Shown here in pieces: positions 35,901 through 39,575 of a DNA stretch of 64,000 nucleotides. How positions within the stretch are numbered: the stretch's first letter is position 1; each line of letters opens with the position of its first letter. Source of the DNA: an uncultured Clostridia bacterium (GTDB lineage: Bacteria; Bacillota; Clostridia; Christensenellales; CAG-917); NCBI GenBank assembly GCA_947589475.1, contig CANQBO010000010.1, forward strand, positions 3,618 to 67,617. The letters run 5' to 3'. The notes below the pieces were generated by a model, which worked only from the letters and a program-made list of their open reading frames with translations, searched no databases and was not told where the DNA came from. Position numbers and translations under genes: made by a program.

Positions 35901-38620
35901 GGGTCGTCGGTCGGCATATCATATGCCATATTGCCCTTGTTGGAGGCGTGTTTCAGCACGGGCAAATATTTTTCGTAGTCTGTGGCTGTAGCGCTGCTCT
36001 CTTGCGGCAAACCTATTTCATACACATATGGGCTGTAATCGTCCATATAGTGGACTGTTGGCGTGGTGGTACCCCTTTTTATGCCCGCCGCGCCCGCTAC
36101 GGATGAGGAGTGCTTGCCTGTGAATTTCAAATATTTGCCGTTTTCACGCGAAAACACGTTGTCCGACTCTTGCGTGCGGTATTGCAAATAGTATATATCC
36201 GTCAAATTGGGCGCTTTGGCGTCAAGATATGCCGTACCGAAAACCGTCTTGCAGTATCCGAAATAAACCAACGAGGTGTTGAGAATTGTGCACCCGCGGA
36301 AAGCATAAAGCCCAACTTGCTCCAACCCTGCGGGGAATTGCAAATATGTCTCGATTGTTCCCGGATAAAATGACCAGTCTCCTATTTTTTTCAACGTACT
36401 CGGGAATATAAGTCCGTCCGTTTGCTTCATGGCGTTGCCGTCTGCCGTCAGAGTCGTAGTACCTTTTACTGTTCCGGTGACCAACATGTATCCGGTCTCT
36501 TCCACCCCCTCGGGAAATTTCAAAGTTTTTAAAGTAGTACCAAGTCCGGAAGATCCGGAGATCACAATGGTTCTGTCGCCTTTATTGTGTCCGTTGGGTT
36601 TACCGATGATTTTTACATCGTAGGTCTTACTTCCGGTGACAAGTTTACTCGGAAATGTTAAAGATTGACTCCCTGCATTATAATTCCAATCGGAACCTTC
36701 TTCGGTACCACTTGTATTGTTTTTTAAGTTTGCCTCATTTGTGCGCACGAGCTGAACTGTACCGTGCGCTCCATTATCGACAGCCTCTGTCAATACTATA
36801 CAGTCCCAAATGTTATTAAATCTGACAGCCGCTTGAAGGGTCGTGCTTCCGAAAGTTATTTCCGACCCCGGGTTGATACAACCAAATGGATACGTTTTGG
36901 TCTCCCAAACGGAATATTCCTCGGGGCGGTCATGCAAGTTGCCTATGTTGCGCGGGTCGCCCGTCAAATTTTTGAAAACTATATCGGGAGTTGATGTCGC
37001 CGTGACAAACGCCGATTGAGAAATCTTGAATGTTTGATCGTCAAACGCTCCCCAAATGTTTACGGTAGTTATTGCATCGCATCCATTGAAAGCCCAAAAT
37101 CCTATCTGTGAACATTGATCGGGAATATTTATCACCCCGGTACCTGTGCCTGTATGATTTGTCGTCGTAATGGAATTTAAGCGCGTACAACCTTCAAACG
37201 ACATTGCAGCGATTTTTTCGATAGTATCGGGAAGTCCGCTTATAGAAGTTATATAATTGGACTGCTTGAAACATGATGTTGGCAATTGCGTCATGCCTAC
37301 ATCTCCCCACCCTGTAGCAAAAGTAACTGTTGTAATACTCGTATTATTGTTTAGTGCACCGGGAGCTAATTTTGTAAAACTGTGTCCGCCTATTGAAATC
37401 GGCACAGTGACACTTGCAGAAGCCCCATTATAAGGTCCCAAGATGCCTCTGCGACTATTGTAATACCATCTTGTATTACTGTCATATCCATATCCTGTCG
37501 CACCGGTATTGTACGTGACATTTGTTCTGGAGAACCCCCAGGGATAACATTCGCATGTGCCCGGAGCGCCTTTGCAATATACAGATACATTCAGTCCATT
37601 GCCATCGTGGTCGTTGGTTGTATAATCACCATAGATTCTGTTTGCTCCTTCATTCCAGACCACCTCAAAAGGTTGCTCTATCACATTGCCCAAAGAAGCG
37701 GGGATAACAAAATAGCTCACGCCATCTATGCTTTCAAGATTTATTTCAACACGGTGGAAAGCGCTGTCGCCTATCTCATAAATGCCTGTACCGTCGGGAT
37801 AAAAAGTCGTTTCGCCAACTGGGTCAAAACTGTCAAGCCCGTTTTTTTCGCGTTCATCATCGGGTAGTTCAAATTCTTTCAACTGATAATCATAGATGAA
37901 GCATTTTGAGCCAATAGTTTTCAAATGGATACAAGCCTGCAAGCTCTCATTCTCACCTACTTGCATACTCGTATAAGTTTCTTCACTCGCAACTGCTTTG
38001 TGATAGCTTTTCACTCGCGTCAAACTCTTGCAAGTGGCAAAACATCCTTCACCGAGAGAGGTTATGGACTCGGGAAGTGTGATTTGCACAAGGTCGCTCG
38101 AGGCAAAACAAAAGTCGCCAATATCTTGTATGGCAACACCCATATCCTTGCAATCTGCGGGAAGCCTGTCATAAGCGGCGGCGCGCTCGGATTGCAATTC
38201 ATCCGGATATGCCTTGTCTCCGCCTCCGCCTTCTTCAAGCGTGTTGAATTTTATATAATTTATCGAAGCGGCTCCTCCGAAAACACCCGCCTCTATGCCG
38301 AGTATGGGATAACCGTTATATTGGGCGGGAATGACGGCAGGATTGTCTGCCGTGCCGAAAGTACCGTCACCGTGATATTGATAGCTTGTGATGATATAGC
38401 CCTGCACGCCGTTGACATATTGCAGGTCGCTGTAATACAAATATCGAGAAAGAGGCGTCTCTTCTGTTGCCGCGTACACGTCGGCGGCGGGTGGGGATAT
38501 GACTGCCGCGCATATAGACACAAAAAGGAATATTGCAAAAATGATAAGCAAGCTCTTCTGCAGTTTGGATATCGAAAGGTTCTTCAATTCTTGTCCCTCC
38601 ATTTTGTCAACATCTCGCAC
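14966..38620 (-). CDS. Giant cell-surface repeat protein (7,884 aa): signal anchor, BspA-type LRRs, MBG-like (YGX-type) repeat array, C-terminal TM anchor
   Basis: Uninterrupted 23,655-nt ORF in the track. GTG start at 38620; alternative in-frame ATG at 38602. N-terminal hydrophobic LLIIFAIFLFVSICAAVI followed by an AxA-like site. LRR_5/BspA-like repeats (IGDFCFASSDLVQITLPESITSLGEGCFATCKSLTRV, LKTIGSKCFIY) at ~36460..38320. One Listeria/Bacteroides-type repeat (AEFIGWTMD). About 50-55 units of the form T(V/I)xxRx(I/L)TVx(V/I)xDQxxxYG(D/E), each ending in NY-(V/I)-F. The C-terminus LYVCLFASQFLIGLFALLFVGRRKKEKNK is a TM helix plus a basic tail. Confidence 0.9.
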   Translation of the reverse strand: MRDVDKMEGQELKNLSISKLQKSLLIIFAIFLFVSICAAVISPPAADVYAATEETPLSRYLYYSDLQYVNGVQGYIITSYQYHGDGTFGTADNPAVIPAQYNGYPILGIEAGVFGGAASINYIKFNTLEEGGGGDKAYPDELQSERAAAYDRLPADCKDMGVAIQDIGDFCFASSDLVQITLPESITSLGEGCFATCKSLTRVKSYHKAVASEETYTSMQVGENESLQACIHLKTIGSKCFIYDYQLKEFELPDDEREKNGLDSFDPVGETTFYPDGTGIYEIGDSAFHRVEINLESIDGVSYFVIPASLGNVIEQPFEVVWNEGANRIYGDYTTNDHDGNGLNVSVYCKGAPGTCECYPWGFSRTNVTYNTGATGYGYDSNTRWYYNSRRGILGPYNGASASVTVPISIGGHSFTKLAPGALNNNTSITTVTFATGWGDVGMTQLPTSCFKQSNYITSISGLPDTIEKIAAMSFEGCTRLNSITTTNHTGTGTGVINIPDQCSQIGFWAFNGCDAITTVNIWGAFDDQTFKISQSAFVTATSTPDIVFKNLTGDPRNIGNLHDRPEEYSVWETKTYPFGCINPGSEITFGSTTLQAAVRFNNIWDCIVLTEAVDNGAHGTVQLVRTNEANLKNNTSGTEEGSDWNYNAGSQSLTFPSKLVTGSKTYDVKIIGKPNGHNKGDRTIVISGSSGLGTTLKTLKFPEGVEETGYMLVTGTVKGTTTLTADGNAMKQTDGLIFPSTLKKIGDWSFYPGTIETYLQFPAGLEQVGLYAFRGCTILNTSLVYFGYCKTVFGTAYLDAKAPNLTDIYYLQYRTQESDNVFSRENGKYLKFTGKHSSSVAGAAGIKRGTTTPTVHYMDDYSPYVYEIGLPQESSATATDYEKYLPVLKHASNKGNMAYDMPTDDPVFAIPVEKYDSQGTFFGYGANLRFGVRMMNQLNRISNVELLNQMDGPVKIKQDDYGKLIQADGTEVTLLPKDTVGDPQDKNKDKGAAQDFYMLFWDEAPDSGTYSFQIFYENDALADAIKNNGSSNYDAGGEDGVKRFITQFTISIDIYASVHFQHGLTETITGENIPGDMVYDDTGRALLKVNKREYEQTMTGSLPEVTPTDKTGLVSTVNLPAPAFEHPSAEFIGWTMDSTVGGKVWVREPDKDSYIPIGQDFSITRDQLDKNDQVVLYSVFRLKLNTTTDYENRHWTYGDDPYRYFNQPRDGVSQGTFTMFRKDDAGIYRLENVVDITEGQFATAFNEYFNSGTHAGSWVIFAGDWSETFDNTTMDEAAFQTWVNGLTSTNSTWQISEFDVLRKKVTVTTRPQTITYGDYVYADKQAGYDDFGTVEDFLYGSAITTTEGLPAGQTPKDAYTLSISGKGDDDITPHVGQNLQFTVGIKIDATNGYQDYEFASADSAPTSKITVEPRPLALNVSLYRDISSLGIVTPEIDDQKNIMLTPTRIAGTDTYTWTYYGSTSYEHISVTTAAAQPVGGDLVLGDDVNEALASYVPDFKPNEVKAGSYDIYVLISKNPDAQINKDYEVTLINNNNPGAMQSDVGESKVSGYLAARVTINKLQITSPTFSDELYFGTRITSDTIGTHIAKHAEVVIPEGVNELPSECWTSERKNELLGKDSDDAVPNIYTMSAPEGSGTYFSDKTPPEGIEIDGDPKEYWFAGTYTAPFTFTDGTNYAWQDTLLTDRADENKLNQQFTIKPAELALSTSVNRNVFYNKTDYYAKFPQGNQQRAAGLVTVKIYSGHGSDAALAIWGAQGSGPAENGWSVRQFTMNGGVYTQLINAGTYTYRFALQGDGARNFVISTDFINSDESDAFDYSTSGVDPTFGTKNTWKNVSSNSAEIDFVINKARNKLVLTEALPTEGVYYDGTDKAAGFFGAHFKLENTIEGETFTAPEYNANENIHGYRVTYRVDTEKTGFGAVTAIDAGYYVLIVQLQGVDAINNIEFVAGDGYTLNTDTNATQITWSASWEGSAIAGYNGEEAPEGTVIAILPAELEVKLSAAAKDMVFRNSAYAPTDILSLEVVEGHGKNLLTTSDYNISIGKWTPNSSFEPNDHESELFHAGKYAFKLALSNDSVATTTRNYRFVAGTNYTVDADGDTDQKDSVTSNEDVLTVEKAGLKINTYTASGSSWTYNGAERKIPDLAGLTIGTPNPQNVMPSQSETDGYQWIITYKKPNVADDGSIVESLLNAGTYDIAFKLNGSAANDFAVDTSSLNYTINKATMVVGTPSSVVFDKVEHPVNVSVTDSIGNPVPNEEGANYSITYEEDQLGGHNAPYNARTYTVNIVFTEEALNNYTVAGIAGNKVTRNFVIEQATISVDWGALSCTFDGADHKKSLNSETHDVKLVNSLNPDVLPLYDKTNDYTQGENEFWLSSSYSGWYTGGDAATQYVHAGTYALTAHLKEGGNFKFSGGASETTTNFTISQYNLSDEGNRKLTFTKGEEAGGILRGGDSMYDGLAKTPLQEVCATNLAKSVMTDGENTYKILIADSDYNVVYSNNMNAGKNAKITINGLQDYTGTVTVTFEIAKRPLGTSNVEGSGDVSVLTLGEGENFGNNKDIENTAIGPFTYTGSPFDMSSTLTLNRGDDEYFIRRTSDYIVTYWQKTGESDYKWLGDGLGSNETAINAGTYYVVAKAKEDGNFTGAYVIEVIVNKAKISVAAFGTVIFDRALQVPNVRFVNSANAATVPADGDWGVYFAPRFTLQTFEMSRFDEAKGFIGLPSYADTYDVGVVLLGDAANNFEISGANEEETTLTPSTIFGSLTDKLAVATNNPTNTGNEITSEELNIKTLSGLSLTFGAGCYYQSTFEIEQLAISLLQKKTTAVFDYNLYKEQPEEDLLKGSDRGVNVGAKGRHTNDAVAIDFLNLRSTAKVNDVPYKLYIYKDGKLVAVFHYTTDQKEGNFVHLGECTPFCDGTGEYTDRHNHMHFTYADDGVVTFTAEAVRDHADDIQKLRNIFTYVGTLTLKLVLDNCNYDIDGGSFPEDEALRPSCTAGKADDGCHIMREFTFTITPATLNPYLFDKEDTAYTTDAEKQLTGADLQITYDGKSHALWVWFTNADNTGALPISRTPVFKEDDTFTDKNYYAQYGYDGWAGHEEGNSTKVGELTDGHKHVGTYSVVIKLKEGGNFQFSGGAYETTLTYSINALALSQDNVELELIANASQKSDAWTELLYNGDKFPYVTTAWEPVKGVKVKTLNDGTGRTLEAGEEVNINHSNNINVGNEDTIRGTVQISGVHNFSGSLTLHFDISPKSLGTGEVNEEGTKFTISEYKTFDNDSQIEETIASALSLTYNGLRQNGVATRLYNKVVEPMVSIAAGSDYIQNYYKLVSGDANSNEAVWEKIEQEAIVDAGIYRVTAKGQGNYSGLYIVQVEVAKASVSINPDFDHESPDALTFEYDAMRHTPTYAFYSAYTIPRTGEYSTDTKYNFGADEKNSTYAGLYSITITLTNSNYRWDTDETYWRTNCGAVLKWQEEAPASTEGAAVGIYADVAKDVPVVTIVYRINPATVNLNDFAHLTYKHAEYDLKDEAAVSFRNANVNNAALPVAYEVAYAVSAGPDNNALLGVNSKPLNAGNYDVTVTLNGDDDAINFRFGNQGIKADENNTVNQTKVFIIDPALVQLNEMASTTYNGKEQTPDVTFSLLNETDTLNDETANEEIAEKFSLQYRVNRSSAAFSEKKPVDANKYDVQVTLEKGNYAFNNRSDEQSSTGTFEILPLDINSVKEFKVEMPSKVYTGMTIENTISSVTVTPDGDITIIFKKGANTESGEVELTDDLFKIIGYLNNVNVGDANATISAGGNFTGTREVLGAFEIVARNVVVEIIDQTSPYGQSLALSNVENVGWRLVDPDKYSDHGVEWDWKADWDASESSSKHYIVYKNDSLNINLAIKDGHYNQKDGSLLVGTYAIVNSDDGSVHLESVNENYNVKFVGSWSGEGDNQKTAGTYEVTPREIVLTIGDLISEYGTYKQEDIENGSMLDKESLIKDSYNVSSYQGDAILSDDKDALLKGISLSVVHNDNWSAGTNKWLNVGKYAIVVKYVVGDTESTYYLASGTTDAGYTYNVGAQYKITLAGNFDGEDGEYGADSGVEQTSYKAHAGVFEVTPKSIIIEITHIEHEYDGQEPKQNEYSWGLKEGSVLAEGDEDSILGVKLSKNPGFDVGVYSITGTYTTTGSYIVNFENGINAVTITPRRITVQINDQSKTYDGEAVTLEQGEGTWEAKLDESSTYTPGDAIVNSDDLQITLLNTHISLNAGSYPIVATCANTNYQVMSWTGSWENKLSPGNNFDVIDGEAGTYTIDKCSVTVTIYSQSGVYGNNQHKGIDSTQYNAWVVKKGSTVYEGDNLGIAVTIVDANSYLSEKGKQLNAGWYAIEVTYNNGNYDVTFECQHNIKTDDNNVTAEDVNSHAISGSWNDEHTEYTVENGYRIYPRRLEITVANQEDDYKGTGVAPTVKQKAELSDAWRATNVLNGSMPPFVEGEEEDFRISLGVKPVESGKWNAGNYEIVGEVTNEGDKNNYVIDRIQNGTFTIKPLAVTVTVTTQSYAVYNGTDWAADFNTKSKTVETFANDYWSADGVLDDDQALFAKAIQLNLPGEAKAANVYSASAAWRDDADADIMTNYALSYEGGNKFTVNKRSLSVEIKDATSVYGENFAALTQGAITCTNDETDTHDQGIIGSDDLGIELLKNGGRDKGKYAITGNWNNNGNYEVTFTGSWNEDGSNKDHAGTYTITERKLTVHVNDQGGVFGGRTYTNLSQLQGTNEKDLGWYIVDFTDKTGISGDNLAAKTYIIPGDSLQIVLTLNNDTSSADYAGKCAIKAVCNNANYDVTFTGSWDGEGSYDDGTELKGKAGTFTVAKRQVTVKVLDQKRAYNGEALTMTGLNSKNRGWTEEVTNDDDNYTVTFVDSVDLGGGRKTAPEIKVSLSVEGAKNVGKYLIHIRITRDGTVIFNSSETELSDTVKLNEAGQLVVTTNEYEITVVGTQTRTDVASDDAKQVKVCGEYEITQKEVTLTIEDKMSTYGEDRATLTWRDLAGGIVSADSETIKEAITLSIQNMAENLRGETYLVAGTYHITAEVASNETSDNYKFSFVGTTGTEGYGIYTVGKRGIGLRVNDQSVVYGTDAKFAYTIVSLPGTTGAVILSCDEGLFEGVIKYEVLNQQLSNSSHLNVGTYPIWISLNTDESKAGDVKVITDNYEITFTGLWSGDAVTGPTTPGAAGTLTVTAKLITVTGITSESNVALTSEYGDAVPDDWSYSSDGAFEGDIVEVAYSLNASETANVGTYPVTVALARADESNDNANYTMAMARTVEYNITARRVKFVEPSVKEIVYGNTREYPEIVVERDGKEGEWNKYASGGDINDVKVDITVVGETLSTSGFLRVKMQSGEVIGYDITLSLSGVNASNYQITNASATFEQKLKVNKRPVTVTIDDQTSVYAEKEKPLTYKVEGEDAGEGIALAADGTGLAKGDDRSLLSITLTRQGLSEGQSDVDVYAITGTFNCPDYEVVFSGNWDKDGNTDGDSANDNHAGVYKITERNIRIEIYNQSAIYGESISVTSIQGTDWDVLDAAIVDGVQYYGLKPGDSLGIELQIVGKYDTDKYSVRPRGFYTIDFDEAKVNANYKVTLVREDMPTDEVAQRDYADDYQAIYSSDPAVKEFMWGGQYPISEKLRSLGSGMFFVTVREVNVHINNQNGIYGDEHKLVQTIEGDAPAYRIGLPAGSKATGDAFVDGLKVEFELVTTAYGSEDKSGQLSYAGEYPIYGKGMTATRKGVSLESTDEILRNYRIGFSGAWTGEEEYPSGSTYKNRVGVFTVNRRQVNVTVNDSTVTYGALDHYKNLEATDKRLDIFNQSSYTASATNSSGAAFVNGDLDVLALKLYINYHASDLSGGQALKVGSYMINVDYRSKSDNEDQQKIIDSYVITPQIGAKLIVERANITISILNGAATDKGTTYGDDLSEAEVTWNSVDNTNMYTVAGGFVTGDKLDFTLTSSTIALVKEGIYPAAGNYAIYATWQAESEIGDNANYNTPTWTGAFTKGIDPKDDHYAGTAGIYTVAKKGIEVTIDDAEAEYGESTDIEFSYKLPEGWAVAGDDESDLGIKLFTDAKAGSPVSATGYAIKGNATGANYDVTFKGSYIDDASGTLNIYPRKIVVVIRPQSSVYGTNPMASYETTKWFVVRDGKAVTSDTQGNESVWTSVFGEAKEKSMGELSITLTKGITYVDGSTWSNGNGQFVGKYAITGRCDNNNYDVVFAKWTTDDAEDYRDIVENTWGEYEITPLDVTITIKDREGVYGSILTDGVTQLRYNAKLVNTLNTAWTYGEASGTFTVGHEQYLAFYLRGDAEKGNIYAEVGEHRIEGVWAQGITESDADHYGIKKNYNVKFVDQAGEDSYGAFTVTPATIQQNNRTAEDGETFTGTLWNQTQLYRGEAVSYSLKVDAGYFFFAGDLSFGADDKGTVTYDAATVKYTDLKKDNQFVVEGEVSEDKLNITNYGVWTVDVTIKKANHKDATFTLTLTVVQADLTVTLKDGVKFEKTYGDYLADGQAAKGGARTFAQLQEDLKAWLFDTKVISKIDGAENIADDLESVIKTLLKITGDDAITVSIFTTTENTSSGGYLNAGNYIITFVVNGNIKIKFADTYSVVSVKQKELNMKWKPADGDLPNIQENYKDNASLFTYRYDGEDHNVTATPIDTLEGDLVANFGMQRYLIGKDKGETPQYELRLVGEYRVAVIVDSNPNTVGNRDISNYAIRSVDLYVTIVAVDITVLIKDRQCEYGEQDIDPNTEGAWEIISGAEALPAGEDLRIVLSLETFTSERRQSGTSRISGRSDNENYKVKFVGSFGETLEGRNDGNGGTYTVKQREIVVNVHDITVAYGTYTSEDLKDLNFVDLGDAAFTTSRPDDPAGYAVMSQNSAITIFPDDMEILAPSIKLDPASAKYTSTGYLKANAAGYKLLCGYNDKFNYHITFVLDNGDGYNVLDKYAKLIVDQKGLTVNIQTRSAVYGDERPTMPMNYTVAGFTSADEEWFNVNRDTERSFLQFTVRDATTGVEINKDVKFDPVGLYIIILEQDTSASHEIGSNYDITVMGEWNSEEYYERLNGKAGIYTVTPRTLTIMVHSASGEYGDTDVAERFMTDIISTQFAPGDTADSIKKMITYDTTDVFEEGRTKGIGVYKVNAVMNSANYTLDGTITANYEVLPREIDLKALALTSEYGDRHKDLVESKGYSVGWTATRSNGKTGNGIAYQDADEIVNAIKVSTDTSSTADAGEGYRVYIDTKTIALDKNYHVNAIIDGTLTIERRRITVRVRPQTGEYGEEHVLADEYDKDWTAERTNKTEFSDENVVVLPRDIYDITLGCPVDRTSPVGEYQISATFDNKNYIVAFVDGKYTVRPRDIFVRIENAAGEYGDNVSALTWSASRVGGNAIVNGDVLDITLRAAMEDDRFVDTTTFIGTYPIIATQSNNPNYNITFTGDYEGTLPDIRIGNAAGKYEVTKRRIIMTFDGESEYGDEIDPHSASYRADGKEGPAIVNGDDLGYTFDWIDDPYENKVNGYPAVGSYRLKVSKPTSPTAAQANYEVSDNVAEYSVYKVVPRKVTIRVKDGGRTYGDEFVEPNDDIMSWLEIRRTTLGRGGDPILNEDIKFFSLTVIDGDEATLTDGIPYFAGRYNYELIYTNDNPNYELSVVYGNYVVSPKPITVHVDDKTTNYGEDLLELTHSEIEGVLDGDELGFALSVLWGEGQDDLTWHNAGVYRIEASLTNANYALTVEGSLGDAGAYTILKVRNSWLKEYSVERLQQGYEPDPELLPEAEWGEVIIKYYYDKECTQELDRDIKDARMGTYYVKVTVLDTINWDGLESFYTVEVYNDFLNIGETDITLYVCLFASQFLIGLFALLFVGRRKKEKNK
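15200..34715 (-). repeat. Array of diverged MBG-like repeat units inside the giant ORF (boundaries approximate)
   Basis: First clear unit VTVTTRPQTITYGDY is encoded at ~34715. Last unit VVSPKPITVHVDDKTTNYGED is at ~15600. Units are diverged at the DNA level; I saw no long identical stretches. Confidence 0.7.
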
Positions 38621-38683
38621 CTCGTTTTTTGGGCGAAGGTTGTCTGTGAAACCGAATCAGACTTATTTCGACAATTTTTCATA

Positions 38684-38711
38684 AATATACACCCCCCCCC
38701 CGCATTGTCAA
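38684..38711 (-). promoter_or_regulatory. Candidate sigma-A promoter of the giant gene, with a G10 tract in the spacer
   Basis: - strand reads TTGACA (38711..38706), then atgc-GGGGGGGGGG-tg (16 nt), then TATATT (38689..38684). It lies 64-82 nt upstream of the candidate start codons. Confidence 0.55.
38692..38701. repeat. Homopolymer C10 (+) / G10 (-), tract 1
   Basis: Ten consecutive C counted directly at 38692..38701. Confidence 0.95.
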
Positions 38712-38867
38712 GCATTTTGAACAAATTTTCGACATTTGGGGCGAAATTTTTGATTTTTTTATTTTTACTTATGCTGTTTACCATATTTTCCCCACACAGT
38801 TTATGCACAACGGTGTCGATTTTTGCCATATATGCCCTTTGGGACGGCATTTTTCGACTGAAAGTCA

Positions 38868-38877
38868 CCCCCCCCCC
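38868..38877. repeat. Homopolymer C10 (+) / G10 (-), tract 2
   Basis: Ten consecutive C counted directly. Same flanks as tract 1 (caCCCCCCCCCCg), 176 nt away. Confidence 0.95.
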
Positions 38878-39028
38878 GTATTTTTCGGACAAACTGCCCA
38901 TACGCCCTTGAAAATCTCGATTTTTTGCCCCGATTTTGCCTTGCGATCGCCCCGCAAGCGAATTCCCGCATTTTTGACGGCGTTCCCCTCTCCCGCGAGC
39001 GCACGCGCGCGCACTCGCCGCGCCCGAC

Positions 39029-39075
39029 CACAAGATGTGCCGCAACCGACCTCCCCTCTCGCGGCACATCTTGTG
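39029..39075. repeat. Perfect 15-bp inverted repeat with a 17-nt loop
   Basis: CACAAGATGTGCCGC (39029..39043) and GCGGCACATCTTGTG (39061..39075). No adjacent T-run. Confidence 0.8.
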
Positions 39076-39460
39076 CCCCGACCCCTATTTCCCCACTATT
39101 TGCCGTCTTTGCTCGTCGCCGTCGAAACCTTGAATATACCCCGCCCCATTGCTTTTTCAAAATGTAAAATTCGAGACGCTCAAACCGCCTCGGCTTTTCC
39201 GCTCTTTCAACCTCGGAATTTTCAAACTCGGCATCTTAAGGACCGCCCGCCCCCTCAAAATTTCCGCACTCGGCTATTCCTCTTCGGGCACAAAATTTTG
39301 CAACGGAAAATATTCTCTCCTCTCAGAGTATAAAATTTTTACGTTATGCAAGGAAGTTTGCATATGCAATTAGAATATCAAAAACGCAAGATCGGGCTTG
39401 ATACATTGCCGAAATTTGGCGTTTTTTGAAATAGACCAAAAATGCCAAAAATCAACAAAA

Positions 39461-39508
39461 CTACAATATGTTGTGTTTCGCAAAAATGTTTCACACACTA
39501 TTTTGCGT
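39461..39508 (+). promoter_or_regulatory. Tandem NrdR boxes
   Basis: CTACAATATGTTGTGT (39461..39476) and ACACACTATTTTGCGT (39493..39508) each match 13 of 16 positions of the NrdR consensus acaCwAtATaTwGtgt. Their starts are 32 bp apart, the typical tandem spacing, directly upstream of the nrdD -35. Confidence 0.6.
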
Positions 39509-39515
39509 TTTTCCC

Positions 39516-39543
39516 TTGACATCTGCGGCGAGGGTGCTACAAT
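39516..39543 (+). promoter_or_regulatory. Sigma-A promoter of nrdD
   Basis: TTGACA (39516..39521), 16 nt, TGcTACAAT (extended -10, hexamer 39538..39543), 33 nt upstream of the ATG. Confidence 0.7.
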
Positions 39544-39575
39544 GAAAAAGCAAATTTTCCTAAAAGGGGTCAAAG

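Noticed and set aside
15959-38911. Numerous + strand ORFs of 200-560 aa inside the giant gene (for example 18215..19726, 21155..22840, 24419..25801, 28421..29962, 37925..38911)
   Set aside because: All lie antisense to the uninterrupted 7,884-aa ORF. They have antisense-type composition (V/R/D/A/F-rich, no motifs, no RBS), so they are shadow ORFs.
38584-39333. ORFs 38584..39069 (-), 38801..39160 (-) and 38803..39333 (+) in the large intergenic region
   Set aside because: They are low-complexity (P/R/G-rich) and run straight through the C10/G10 homopolymers. They overlap each other and the giant-gene start, have no RBS and show no protein-like pattern.
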